A stretch of 64,000 nt of DNA from Naegleria gruberi (taxonomy: Eukaryota), in assembly GCA_000004985.1 (NCBI GenBank), contig GG738908.1; one strand, written 5' to 3'. Numbering within the stretch: the first letter of the stretch is position 1; each line of letters opens with the position of its first letter. Under the pieces are notes generated by a model, which was not told the origin of the DNA, searched no databases, and worked only from the letters and a program-made list of their open reading frames with translations. Below are positions 1 to 12,179 of this stretch, piece after piece. The position numbers were made by a program, and so were the translations under genes.

Positions 1-1735
1 ACCATTACCATATAAAGTTAATAATGTCAAGGCTTGATTAAAATTAAAATTATTATTAATAGTTTTTAATGGTGTTATTTGATTTTTTAATATAGTTTTT
101 GAAATTAATTCTTTATAATTATTCAATTCAGTTTTAATATATTGTAATGATGTTAAATTATTTAATGCAATTCTTAAATTTACTACTTTTGGATATAATT
201 CTAATGATTTAGTATTTAAAACATTACATTGTGATGATACATCATTATAACATGTTGTTTTACCTTGATTATATGCTGCATTTACTAAATATTTATAATT
301 TTCTAATTTTAAATCATCAAAATCATTCAATGTTGTATTTAATTCTTGAAATGTATTACTTGCATTTAATAAATTCATATAATTATTAATATTATTATAA
401 TAATTTAAATAAGTTATATTCATATTAGTTAAATTAATTAAAGAATATTGATTTTTAAATTCTATAATAGGTAATACTTGTTTTAAATTATTTAAATTTA
501 TATTTGATAAATCTAATGTATTATTAAATAAAATAGAAATGGATGAAATAACTTGTTGATTAATATTTGAAATACTATTAATAGAATTATAATATTTTGT
601 AATATCACCATTTACAAAAGTATTTAAAAGAGATTTAGATGAAGAATAATAATCAAATAAATTAACATTTGGTAATTCAACAAAAGTATCATTAATATAT
701 TTAATATCTTTAATTAAATTATCAATACAATTAGTTTGTTGTAAAATTGAATTAAAAAATAAAACTTGTGAATAAATATCTTGAATAAATTGTAAAGATG
801 GAATTGAATTGATGGCAAATGTTAAACTTCTCAAATCATCTTTTAATAATTTATACTTGTTTGGTAATGTTTGATTAACATCTTGATTAAATAAATTTAA
901 ATTATTAAAAGTTAAATTTAAATTTGAAATTTGATTAAAAGATAATTGTAATTCATTTAATTTTAATTTTAATTCAAATTCTGATGGTAATTGTGATAAA
1001 GTATTATTCATATAAATTAAATTATTAATTAATGTTATAATTGGTAATTTAAATAAATTAATATTATTTTGTAATATAATAGTTTCATAATATAAATTTG
1101 ATAATTGTACAATATTACTTGTTTTAAAATGTGATAATTCATATTCATATTGATTAAAATATTTAAAATTTAATGTTGTATTCGTTTGATCTTGTAATGT
1201 TTGTATTGTATTTATAGAATAATCTATTGTTGTAATTTTATTTAAATTTAAATTAATTAAATCAATTAAATTAATTAAATTATTTAAAGAATTTGATAAT
1301 CCAATAATAGAATTTTCAAATATCAAAGTAGATGTTTTTAAATTATTAACATGATCATCACCAACTGTAATAAATAATTGTTTTAATTCAATAATTGAAT
1401 CTTGTAATGGTTTAATTCTATTTAAAATATTATTATTTAAATAATTATTTATATTATTAATATTTAATTCAATATTATTTATAGAAGGTACTTGTTCTGT
1501 TATAGAATAAACACATTGATTCCATTCTGATAATTTACTTGCTGTTGGTAATTTACTTAATAAACTTGTTTTAAATTGATTATATTGTGTTTCTAATTGT
1601 GTTACTATTGTTGGTAAATTTTTAGCAAATTCTAATACACTTGATACAAGTGTTTCAATTTCATTATAACTATTTATACCCTTATTTATAAAACTACTAA
1701 TTTCTATATTAGATTGATATGCAAACACAAACCAT
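1..1735 (-). CDS. Asn/Ile/Leu-rich low-complexity protein, function unknown. The 3' end runs off the window edge. Proposed structure: ATG at 1735..1733, a 52-nt intron (1681..1732) immediately after the start codon, then an open frame down to position 1.
   Basis: The minus-strand frame is open continuously from 1680 to 1 and reads MGINSYNEIETLVSSVLEFAKNLPTIV... The only in-frame way to reach an ATG is a GTTTGT...AAATAAG intron after the start codon. The donor is non-consensus, so the 5' structure is tentative. Confidence 0.45.
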
Positions 1736-1827
1736 ACTCTTTTTTAAATTATATATTTTAAATATATTATTATATTTTATAAATATTAATTTATATTGTT
1801 AATATATTATTATATTATTAATAATTA

Positions 1828-2484
1828 TTATATAATTAAAATTAAATTAATAAATATAACATACATTAATAAAGCAATATTTAAAATAACCCATATAAGT
1901 AAAATAATTCTAAAAGCACATATAATTCTCTTTCTCTTTTCATGATCTTTTGCCCATGCACCATAATTATCTAATCTAAATTTTTGATCTCTTTCACCAA
2001 GTTTACAACAACAACAAGAACCAATTGAATAAAACAATGCACCTAAAAAACAACAAAATTCAACAAGTAAAATTCCTAAACAAATTAAACCTAATGCACC
2101 ATATGCACCAATACCTTCAGCATAATCAACTAACATTGATATAGCTGTTTGATTAGAAATATCAAAATTTGTAATTACTTTAGGTGCTGAACGTGTATCT
2201 AATTTCCTTGTTCCATAATTGTATAATGTTAATCTAGGTAATACTGATACTAATTTTACAATATTCTTATCAATACCTGTTCCTAAATTAAATATTGCTG
2301 ATGATAAGGATTCAATACCTTTATTCATAATAGAATCTCTTAATGATGAATATTCATTACTAGTTGCAATTACACCTGTACTTTCTGTACTTTCTGTATA
2401 TTGTACGTTAAATGTTAATAATATTAATACTATTAACATTATGGAATATATTAATATATTATTATAGATTGATAACCTTTTCAT
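1828..2484 (-). CDS. small membrane protein (218 aa) with an N-terminal signal/anchor and a C-terminal cluster of transmembrane segments including a CCCC motif; function unknown
   Basis: Complete ORF with start and stop. Hydrophobic N-terminus (LIYSIMLIVLILLTF) and C-terminal hydrophobic segments (GALGLICLGILLVEFCCFLGALFYSIGSCCCC, IILLIWVILNIALLMYVIFINLILII). Confidence 0.4.
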   Translation of the reverse strand: MKRLSIYNNILIYSIMLIVLILLTFNVQYTESTESTGVIATSNEYSSLRDSIMNKGIESLSSAIFNLGTGIDKNIVKLVSVLPRLTLYNYGTRKLDTRSAPKVITNFDISNQTAISMLVDYAEGIGAYGALGLICLGILLVEFCCFLGALFYSIGSCCCCKLGERDQKFRLDNYGAWAKDHEKRKRIICAFRIILLIWVILNIALLMYVIFINLILII

Positions 2485-3119
2485 TCTCTATATATGTTAG
2501 TTGTATTTGTAGTATTTGTTATTGGTTATTAAATAGAAATGATGAGGATGAGAGAAAGGAGGATGAAGAGTAATAAACCTTCAAGAAGCCTTTTGTAATA
2601 TGTTACTAAGGAATATTGAGGAGTAGGACAACAATCAATAAATATATACACGAGAGAGAGATGAGAATATTTTCTTGAAAATGTTAATGATGCGCAAAAG
2701 CAGTTACTATTGTTGGTTTGATAAATCCTTAAAGGCTTGGATTTTTTTAGAGAGAATTTTTCGCTTTATTTACTGTGTGGTGATGTTGATTAACTTGGAA
2801 CTGAAAATGCCCTTAACAATATTATTCCCTTCTTCTAAGTGAGGCTGGAATGCATATTCTAACACCTCTCAAAAAAATTTATAACCGTTTGATTGAAATG
2901 TCCATAACAGTCACTGTGGTTTTCCTCTCTTACGCTGCTTCCATGTTTATACATTAACAGATGATGAAGGAACAAAATGTTTATCACCTCTCTTAATATG
3001 GATTTATTTCATGGGTGAAATACAACAATTCTAAGAAGGAATCAACTTAAGGTACTATTAATTTTTATAACATAACATCCTTAATGAACCTTCACAAACC
3101 AAATTAAATAGAAATAAGA

Positions 3120-3191
3120 TCCCGTGTAGTCCAATGGCTAGGATACCTGGCTTTCACCCAGGAGGTCCGGGTTCAATTCCCGGCATGGGAG
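3120..3191 (+). tRNA. tRNA-Glu (anticodon UUC)
   Basis: 72-nt cloverleaf: acceptor TCCCGTG/CATGGGA, anticodon loop CTTTCAC (anticodon TTC), T-arm CCGGG-TTCAATT-CCCGG. Confidence 0.85.
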
Positions 3192-3210
3192 GATTGTTTT
3201 ACAATGTGAA

Positions 3211-3666
3211 TTATTTATTTGGTTTTTGTGGGTATGACATTACTCTTTGATACAAGTCTAAAACCTCCAATTCTGATTCAGTGTTGTTATCTAAAACATT
3301 TTCATTCAATTTCACCATTCTATCAAGATTAGCTCTAATTTGTTTCCTCTCTTTTGAACTCCAAGCTCTTGCATATCTTTCAATAAGATTTTGCATCAAG
3401 TAATCAGTGTCAACTGTTTTGGGATTTTCACCAAGTTGTGTCAATATTACTTGTTGTTGATCATTATCGGAACTATTGATCAATGTGAAATGTTGTGCAT
3501 TTAGCAAGAATTGTTCTCCATATCGTTTGGCAACTCCATTACACATCTTGAGGAATAATGATGGAAAGGAGGAATAAAATTGTGGAATTACTTCAATTCC
3601 CACAAGATCAGAAGAAACAAAATACACAATAAAGTGTTGCATTTTTATTGTGTTGACATAGAACAA
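3211..3666 (-). CDS. hypothetical small protein (about 140-150 aa); function unknown (possibly a longin/roadblock-like fold, not established)
   Basis: Complete ORF with non-repetitive composition: MQHFIVYFVSSDLVGIEVIPQF...QNLIERYARAWSSKERKQIRANLDRMVKL. No recognisable family signature. Confidence 0.4.
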   Translation of the reverse strand: MFYVNTIKMQHFIVYFVSSDLVGIEVIPQFYSSFPSLFLKMCNGVAKRYGEQFLLNAQHFTLINSSDNDQQQVILTQLGENPKTVDTDYLMQNLIERYARAWSSKERKQIRANLDRMVKLNENVLDNNTESELEVLDLYQRVMSYPQKPNK

Positions 3667-3787
3667 GATTTAAATATAGATCTACCAAGGTTACAAAGGT
3701 GTAACGGCAGGAAAGCTCATGGTCACATTTTATGCCTGAAAACCCAATCTGAGTCCGATTAAGGTTATTCTGATTTCAAAAAGAACG

Positions 3788-3845
3788 TAAGCCTAACACG
3801 CTTAAGGTCGCGGGTTCAAGCCCCGCTCGCTGTAACCTTTTAACA
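3788..3845 (+). pseudogene. 5'-truncated tRNA-Val(AAC) pseudogene: the 3' 48 nt of the tRNA (anticodon stem to acceptor end) plus 10 nt of 3' flank, identical to the intact tRNA-Val gene at 40254..40327
   Basis: taagcctaacacgcttaaggtcgcgggttcaagccccgctcgctgta followed by accttttaac is identical to the reverse complement of 40244..40301. The D-arm and 5' acceptor half are absent (upstream is ...tttcaaaaagaacg). Confidence 0.75.
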
Positions 3846-3913
3846 TATGCTTAATGGTTCAAAATTCAAACATTCCTTAATTCCTGAACAACCTCAATTT
3901 AGTGTTCATGTAA

Positions 3914-3987
3914 GCCTTCCTAGCTCAGTTGGCAGTAGCGCTGTCCTAGTAAGACAGAGGTCTTGGGTTCGATTCCCAAGGGAGGCA
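3914..3987 (+). tRNA. tRNA-Thr (anticodon AGU)
   Basis: Acceptor GCCTTCC/GGGAGGC, anticodon loop CTAGTAA (anticodon AGT), T-arm TTGGG-TTCGATT-CCCAA, discriminator A. Confidence 0.85.
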
Positions 3988-4180
3988 AGGTTTTAGTGTT
4001 AGACTTAGATTTTCGTTCAGAGAAATGAGTTTACATCTGATATTTAAATTTTTATCAATGATGTGTGAGTCAATTTTATATTTTCAATAATATTTTAGTG
4101 CTTCTGCAACAACAAAATAATTTTCAATTTAATTATTGATTTACTCGAAGAAAGAACAATAAAATTATCAAGTTAAAAAA

Positions 4181-7100
4181 ATGTTGAAAAAACTCACAAA
4201 TGTTCTCTCAGCTTCAACAACAACATCATCATCATCGGCTGCTGCTTCTTCTACCACTTCCATAGTAGCATCCATGAATTCCATGATGATGAAAAATAAT
4301 TTATTATTAACAAAGAATAATTTAATTCATCATCATCATCAATCGAAGGCTTCTTTTTCATCACTATTAAATGTGAGTCATTATGAATCATCATCACCTT
4401 CCGATAATATTAGTAGTAATATACAAACAACAACAACAACACAAAAGGCTCCAAGTAAAAATTGTACTACTAAAAAGTACATTGAAGATACTAAACCATC
4501 AAAGGCTTCTTCTACTAATATTAATGGTCATTCATCTACATCATCATCTACATCATCATCCTCTCAAAAGATAGTTATTAATACAAAATTAAATACTAGT
4601 GTTAAAAACTTTATTAGAAATTCATCATCCTCATCATCCGCATCCGCATCATCCTCATTAATTCAAAGTGAAAATGATAAAAAGATTAAAAAACAAAAAA
4701 GTACAGATTTAAAATCACTTTCATTAAAACTTCATGAACCTTTATTTGGAAGTGAAAGTGTTGAAAATATTTCTAAATTAACAGAATATTCAAATCAAGT
4801 AAAAGAAAGAATATTAAAATTATATCAAAATTATGAACCATATCAATATGTTGAATTAACAAGATATTTACTTTATTTAAATCAAGTACAATATATTCCT
4901 GATGTTATTACAATGGCTAATAAGAATAGAAATGTAATTTCACATTATTCATTTGCTAAAGAATTAGCTTATCAATTAGAAAGAAAAGGAAAACATATTC
5001 ATAGTCATTTAAATGAATATGAAGGTATTGATACTAAATTAATATTAAATCAATGTTCTAAATGTTTAGATTTAATGATTTCAAGTGGATATAAAGCTGT
5101 TAAAACTACAAATACTGATATTTTCATTGACATGTTATGTTATAGAATTAAAATGTTTCATCATTCAAATGATTTTAAAGGTAATTTTTAATTATTTTTA
5201 ATATATTTAATTTAATTATTTTTATTTAATTTTAATATTAATATAGGACTTAAAAAATTATTTGAAAATCAATTAAAACCATTAACATCAAGATTTTTAA
5301 CACATCCAGTAGTATTATGTAAATTATATAATGTATTAGGACATGTTTTAATTGAAATGAATGAATTAAATTATTTATATGAACAAGTTTATGCTAAAAA
5401 TATTAATAATCATTTTAATATAGTTAAATTAGTTAAAAAAGGAATATCAGGTACACCATTATTTGTAACAGTATCTGAATTACTTTCTAAATCTAATATT
5501 TTACATACAAATATAGCAAGTAAATTAAGTTTATTAGGAGTTGAATATTTAGAATTAGCTAAAAAAGAACAAGATGCAGAATTTTTAAAAAAATTAGGAG
5601 GAACAATATCAAAAACATATGGAGATTTATTTGATGTTGATAAAAATAATTTATTACCATTGGAAAATTACTTTTCATTCTATTTAAATTTTATTTCATA
5701 TTATTGGAATTTATATAGTGATGTATTAGATAGAAAATTACTTAAATATGTTTCTGTTAGATTTTTATATTTATATGCTCGATTAGTACATGATTCTGCA
5801 TATGATGTTAGTAGTTCAAGAGAAGCTGAATATGTTCATCAAGTTTTAATTGAAAATCAAATTCCATTAACAAATGATATTTATCATTGTTTACTTGTTA
5901 TTTATGCACATACTGGTAAACAAGATTTATGTGAAAATTTATTTAATACTATTATTAATAGTAGTAATGATAATATGAATGATATGAATGATAGTAATGA
6001 TATGAATAATATAAATTTAAATAATATCAATGATATGAATAATAATATGAATAATATGAATAATTCTAATAATTCTAATAATTCTAATAATAATTCTAAT
6101 AATATTTATGATAGTAAAAGAACAATTTATCAATCAATGGTAAATGCCTATTCAATTATGGGTAATTTTGAAAAGGCACTTTATTATGCAACACAAGTTA
6201 AAATGAATATTGAAGTATTGAATGCATTATTAAAATCAGTTGCAACATTATGTTTACCAAATATGAGAAATTTAAATGATGAAGATTATATATTATCATG
6301 TTTACAAAAAACAATACAATTATTTGCAGATCATTCAATTCAATATGATGGTATAACATTGAATACATTAATTAATATATATGGATTATTAGGTAAATTA
6401 CCATATATGATAAAACATTTTCAAATGTTAGTTGATAATATAAATTTTAAAGAATATGTTAATGCTATTACATTTACAACAGTAATTAGACATTTATGTA
6501 TGAATGATCATTTTGATTCAGCACTTGATATGTTTAATCGTATGAAAGAATTAAATATTAAACCAACACGTGTAACTTATAAAGTATTACTTGAAGGAAT
6601 GATATTAACAGGTAAAGATTGTTTACCAATGATTATGCAAAATATGAAATATGATAATATTAGTATGGATGATCATTTAGTTGGATCAATTGTTTTATAT
6701 TATGCTAGTAGAACTAGAAATGAACAACAATTAATGGATATATTAAGTGTTGTTGATAGACATAAAAGTGAATATACTCCAAAAGTTTATGAACATTTAG
6801 TTTTATTTTATTGTAAAATTAATAATTTTTCAAGAGCAAGATTTTTAATTTATGAAATGTTAGAACGTGGTGTTACTCCTACAATGAGAACATTTACACA
6901 TTTTATTACATTTTTACATACACATATGGATTCATTTGATTTATTACATATTTTATTACCTATTGAACAAGATATTGTAAATTATATTACACAAAGAAAG
7001 AAGGGTGAATTAAATAGTTTATCTAATACTATTTTTGATGGTAAAGATTTAGGTATTGGCCTAAGTTTATTACAAATAATGTTACAAAAAGTTGATTTTA

Positions 7101-7771
7101 CACAATTACAAACTAAAATTGAACATTTATCAAGAGATCATTATTTAAATAAGAATGTTTCTTATATTTTATCAGGTTTAATTAAAACAGATCCAAATGC
7201 AAATGTTAAAGATTTTATTGATAATTTAATTTATTTATTTGAATCATGTGGATGTTCTCCATTTGCATCTACAAATGCTCTATTTTTACATGTTATTAGT
7301 GAATTAAAAGGTCCATTTGAAATGAAACAATTTTATTTGGAAATGAAGAGAAATAATTTAATACTTGATATTAGATCATTTAATTTATATTTGGAAGCTT
7401 TATTAAATACTGAAGGTTCAAATTCAATGTGGAAATATTTTAATACTTGTCAAACAAGTACTGAAATTATTAAAATTAATCCAGATATTGATACTCTTCA
7501 TATTTTAATTAGATCTATTAGAGATTTTAATGATATGGAATTTATTTTATCTAAATATAGACAATTTATTGATAGTACTAGATATTTATCACCAAAACTT
7601 TCAAAACAAAAAACATCAAAGAATTCACCACAATTAAAAGAGGAAATTATTTCTTCAATTTTAGATGCAATTGAATCAAAGGAATCATTAATTAATAGTA
7701 ATCAAACTTTTGCAAGAATTGAACAAATGAAAGATTATTTACAAAAGGCTTTATTTTCATTCATTGAATAA
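4181..7771 (+). CDS. pentatricopeptide-repeat (PPR) protein, probably mitochondrial. Two exons, 4181..5180 and 5247..7771, with a 66-nt intron GTAATT...ATATAG. Ser-rich N-terminus and an internal poly-Asn tract.
   Basis: The two ORFs join in frame across a GT..AG intron (KG|GLKKLFENQ...MNELNYLY). There are repeated 35-aa helical PPR-like units (e.g. HCLLVIYAHTGKQDLCENLF, NTLINIYGLLGKLPYMIKHFQ, NAITFTTVIRHLCMNDHFDSALDMFNRMKELNIKPTRVTYKVLLEGM). Confidence 0.7.
5958..6108 (+). repeat. coding trinucleotide microsatellite (AAT/GAT/ATG units) encoding an N/D/M/S-rich low-complexity tract inside the PPR gene
   Basis: Imperfect trinucleotide repeats such as gatatgaat gatatgaat gatagtaat ... aattctaat aattctaat aattctaat. 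Confidence 0.6.
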
Positions 7772-7858
7772 ATAAGTGTTTATGTTTTTATTATTATTAT
7801 TATTATTTTTATTACAAATATTTGTAAATCATTCAATTGATAAGTTTTTTAAACCTCT

Positions 7859-9782
7859 TTATAAATAAGATATCAATAAAATAATTGCTGCAATCATCAA
7901 GGTAGTAGTCAATGAAAATTGAACTGATTGATTTGAATCATTAATCTTTGTACTATTGGCAGCTTTAGTTGATACAATTGGTGTTGTTCCATTATTAGTA
8001 CCATTATTTGATGAAGGATTTGAATCACATGGATAAGTATTTGGAATGACATATCCACTCGTTGTTAATTTGAGTGGTTTGAATCCATAAACATAATTTT
8101 CATAAACCAATTCAATAGACAAGGCAACATAACCTTTAGATGGATTAGGAACAAAAACTTCCCAAATATTTGGAGAAGTTTCAGATAGATTTGATGACTT
8201 GTAAGTTGATCCAATGGTTGAGATACGGAAATCTCTAGCATTAGTATTGTTTGCTCTCCATAGATAGACATTGGTTGGTTTGATGGCACTCCAAACAGTA
8301 ACCTTGACACCAGTGTCATTGTAGATGTGTGTGAAATTGTATTGAGGTAGATCAATTCCCTTAACTTGCATATAGTAGAATAATAAAACTGATTCTATTG
8401 CATCTGAATTGGAAAGTGAGTGTCCAGTATTTGGAATGTAACGTAAATATTTCTTTTTAATATTATTCATGTAAGGCCAACTCTTTAAAGCAAGATCTAT
8501 TCGATTAATCATGTAAACATATTAATTATATCAATTCATGAATATATAAAGTTATAACACACTTACCTGGCCACATAAATTCATCACCAAGAGCATTAAT
8601 CATATAAATTGAATGATTAGAAAATCTTTCTCTATATGCAAATGGATCTTCAACTGATTGTAAAGCAGTAAATGCAGCAGAATCAACTCTCTTCAAAACA
8701 CCTTGAGAATTGTAATCATATAAAGCAATTGGCCAAGCACAAAGTGATTTGTTAATTTGAAGAAAACTTTCTTTCAAATTCAAAACTTGAATACTCAAAG
8801 GAACGAGTGCTTTAACACGAGGATCAGCAGCTCCAACCAACCAAGCTAATTTATCACATTTTAATATAAATTGTAACAATTATTGTAAACTTACCAGCCC
8901 AACCTATTATTTTCAAAATTTCAATATTTCAATAAATTTAACACACATACCTCTTTTAGAACCTCCACCAATTGTAAACTTTGAAATTGAAACTCCATTC
9001 AATTTGTAAATAAAATCCTGAACAACATCCATAGCTCTCATTGAAGTTTTTGCCATTGGTAAATGACCCAACCATTCATAAGTTTTCACATCAATTGGTA
9101 AATTTGCTGATGATTTATTCTCATATCTATCCATGAATGCATTCCATGTGTAGGCAATGAGTGAATCTTCACTACGTGCTGTTTTACTTGGATCAGATGA
9201 AAATATAATTGGTTGATTGGGAACAATGTAAACTTGTGAAGTGATGGAATTAGTGGAATAGGCAAGTGATTTTAACATGTCATTGGTGGTTGGCATTGAT
9301 GTGGAAGAAGAACCTCCTTCAATATATAAAAATGATTCATTATAGTTGGTGTTGAGATTATTTGGAACCACAATGGCTAGATAATGTTTCCTTTTTAGTA
9401 GTATACATTATTATTGTAATAATATTCAATAGTATTATTATATTGTAAATAATGAAATAGGATAGAAATAACAAACATACCATTGTGATGAAGAACCCAA
9501 TTCTTCACTTGTTAACCAATCAACTCCTCTAATAGAGAGAGTATACATAACACCCACATCCAATGTAGTTGTTGCCAATAAAGTATAATTCATTGCAGGT
9601 GATGATAAATTTACATAGTCATCAATTATTGCTGCACTCACACACAAGGAAAATAGAGCAGCAACAATAAAGAATGCACCAATGATGAAGGTATATTTAA
9701 TGACCCGTTGGTTATTTGGTTCATGCATTTTTTTCTTTTTGTTAATAATCAACGAGGATGGCAATGAATTGAAAAAAGTCAA
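7859..9782 (-). CDS. PhoPQ-activated pathogenicity-related protein family member (AprA-like secreted/membrane-anchored protein). Exons 9782..9481, 9390..8951, a 9-nt microexon 8903..8895, 8845..8567 and 8496..7859. The start may instead be the ATG at 9728.
   Basis: All introns are GT..AG and 47-90 nt long (donors GTATGT/GTAAGT). Family motifs are ...FTIGGGSKRGWAAWLVGAADPRV... and ...GDEFMWPDLALKSWP... The N-terminal signal anchor is IIGAFFIVAALFSLCVSAA and the C-terminus is hydrophobic (GPI/TM-like). Confidence 0.7.
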
Positions 9783-9926
9783 GACATGCCAAACGTCATA
9801 ACAATAGAGAAACCTCCTTCTTAATATTTACCAACCAAATAACCGAAATCCTTATTGGTATGTTTGAGTCTGTGGCAAACCTAGTATAATTCCGAAAGTA
9901 TATTACAACCAGAAGGCAAATATATT

Positions 9927-11282
9927 TTACTGATTTTCAATTGAAAATCTTGAATTATGTACACACAGAGCAATTGTATGAGGTTGAGGTTCTGGTCTTG
10001 GTGCTCCTCTTTTTGTCGTTCTAGGCATTTCGTAGTGACCTTCATGCACCACTTTAGCTTGATTAATACTGAATCCTTGAACATTTAAGAATGATGAGCT
10101 CCTTTTAAATGGTTCTTCACTAGTGGGTCTTTTGAATGACTCTTTTACAGAATAGGTGCTCATTGCAGATCGAGGTCTCAGCGTATCTGATACTATGGAG
10201 ACAACATCTTGATGTCTAGTCGTTTGTTTGTACATTACCTTAGAGAGAGCTGATTTTGGTCTATTTTTTAGGGAACTCGAATTATCATATGCAAGGGTTG
10301 ATGGATTGAAAATTGTTCTTGAATTGACTGTTCTTGGAACGCTTTGCCTAGTTGAATACTTTTGCATGAGTGAGGTATGAGTTCTTCTCCTTTCCTCACC
10401 TTCTAAATGTGCCGAAGTTGAAAAGTCACTAGCACTTCCTTCAAAACTATTATCAAGCACATATGAATGAGGTCTAGCAGTTATAGAATTTCGTTTTGCT
10501 GCATTTCTTACTTTTTCTGAGAGGGCATGTTTGTTAATTTCAATAAAATCCTTCTTATCACTCATTCTACTGCTACACCTTGATGTGCTTATATCATCTC
10601 TATATTCATGAAGTACGGTCGTTATCAATGGTCTTTCATGATGTTCATCCAATGTTTGATGCCATGGATTGGTGATGGCTGCATTACTTTCATCTCTTCT
10701 TTGCATTTCATAAAATGATTCATCGTATAATTCTGATGGAGTTTTTGATCGATGACTTGAATCCAGCTTTCCTTTCTTTGTTAAAGGTGCAGAACCTGGA
10801 CGTGGAATTATAGGAGCCCTCTTTGCTATCGAATACACGAAGGATGATTGAGGTCTTTGAGAGTTTTTGGAATTATTGAGAGATGGCGAATTATTATAAC
10901 TTCTAATTGAAACTGCATCACCTCCCCACGACACAGGTTCACTCACATTATCATCATGATCTAATTTATAGGCTGAAGTATTGATATGAATATTATTTTC
11001 CTTCTCCACCTCTTTTTGTTTAAATTTTGGATGTGCTGATGAGGGTCTACTACCATTGTTTTGTCCTGTTGAAAGCTTTTGGAAGGAACGTAATGAGTTT
11101 AAATCATCTTCCATTAAATGTTTGCTATTATTGTTGTTGTTGTTATTAGTAATAGAGCCTCTCCTAGAAGATGAAGCTGATTGGGGCCTAGGTTTATTCT
11201 TATCCGATATTATTGATATCGAAAGATCTGTTATGTGAGAGCGATTATAATTTGATGATGACGATACAATGCTGTTGGGCAT
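9927..11282 (-). CDS. Ser/Asn/Arg/Pro-rich, probably disordered protein (451 aa); function unknown
   Basis: Single long ORF with low-complexity composition (SSSRRGSITNNNNNNNSKHL..., many RS/SR and PRP motifs). GC content is slightly higher than in the neighbouring genes. Confidence 0.5.
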   Translation of the reverse strand: MPNSIVSSSSNYNRSHITDLSISIISDKNKPRPQSASSSRRGSITNNNNNNNSKHLMEDDLNSLRSFQKLSTGQNNGSRPSSAHPKFKQKEVEKENNIHINTSAYKLDHDDNVSEPVSWGGDAVSIRSYNNSPSLNNSKNSQRPQSSFVYSIAKRAPIIPRPGSAPLTKKGKLDSSHRSKTPSELYDESFYEMQRRDESNAAITNPWHQTLDEHHERPLITTVLHEYRDDISTSRCSSRMSDKKDFIEINKHALSEKVRNAAKRNSITARPHSYVLDNSFEGSASDFSTSAHLEGEERRRTHTSLMQKYSTRQSVPRTVNSRTIFNPSTLAYDNSSSLKNRPKSALSKVMYKQTTRHQDVVSIVSDTLRPRSAMSTYSVKESFKRPTSEEPFKRSSSFLNVQGFSINQAKVVHEGHYEMPRTTKRGAPRPEPQPHTIALCVHNSRFSIENQ

Positions 11283-11564
11283 TCTTCCATATAGTTACTA
11301 TTAGTATTGTTGTTGATAAAATTTTGCAGAGAATCCTCCTCAATAGAATTTACAGGTTTTTTTTTCTAACGGTTTTCAAACCTTGCTTCCTGATGCTGCA
11401 TGACACTCTTATCTGTAGAGTCAATTCCCGCCCACAAAACCATTCAAAAAATAAAAATATTCAAATAAAAATTTAATAAACCAAAGACACTTTACCTTTA
11501 TCTAAAACTCTCTGTCTTTTTTCACCAACACTATTACAAGGTTAAGTATTTGAATAGAAGCAAA

Positions 11565-12179
11565 TTACAACTCTTCAATCTTTTTCTTCTTCCTTTCTTG
11601 TTCTTCTTCAACAGCCTTCTTATATTCCTCCATGCTATTGACTACTTTTCTGCCCAACTTGGTTTGATCATATGTAAATACTGTATCGTAGACATATTGA
11701 CAAACTTTACCAGTCTCCAATTCTACGCTGAAAATTAATTCGGTCAACTTTTCAAATTCCTTCTTGTGTTCTTCAACTCTTTGTGGTTGTGTTTTCAATT
11801 CTTCAGAAGAGTTGATCAACAAGTCGAGGAATCTGTCCTTTTGCTTGGCAACAAGAGCAAGTTTTGCTTCCTTTGTTTTAGCTGTACTCAACAAGACAAC
11901 AAGGAAAGTTCTAATAGCAGTCACATTACCATCACATTTGAAAAAGTCTGTGAATATATATCGGAATGGATGAGGATCAAATGTAAAGGATGGATCATCA
12001 TTATAATTCTTCTTTTGTACTTCTTCACCTGAAGATGATGGTGTCGATGATGATGATGATTCTTGTGTATTGTGGGCCAATGCTGATGGAAGCAAGACCG
12101 CTACAAGAATTGCAATCGATAGAAAGATGATGAGGTTTCGTAATGATGACATTTTTTGCTTGTGTGAAATATTCAACAT
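11565..12179 (-). CDS. secreted/ER-lumenal small protein with a cleavable signal peptide and a C-terminal KIEEL (KDEL/HEEL-like) tail. The start is probably the ATG at 12152.
   Basis: MSSLRNLIIFLSIAILVAVLLPSALA signal peptide followed by a hydrophilic helical body and a C-terminal ...KKKKIEEL stop. Confidence 0.5.
   Translation of the reverse strand: MLNISHKQKMSSLRNLIIFLSIAILVAVLLPSALAHNTQESSSSSTPSSSGEEVQKKNYNDDPSFTFDPHPFRYIFTDFFKCDGNVTAIRTFLVVLLSTAKTKEAKLALVAKQKDRFLDLLINSSEELKTQPQRVEEHKKEFEKLTELIFSVELETGKVCQYVYDTVFTYDQTKLGRKVVNSMEEYKKAVEEEQERKKKKIEEL

Noticed and set aside
2485-3119. A ~600-bp non-coding block of only moderate AT content upstream of tRNA-Glu, considered as a possible remnant of a tRNA-targeted retroelement or a ncRNA gene
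   Set aside because: No ORF, terminal repeat or poly-A/target-site signature. Other intergenic regions in this window (22640..23210, 27170..27710, 51000..51620) have the same composition, so this is normal promoter or intergenic DNA for this genome.
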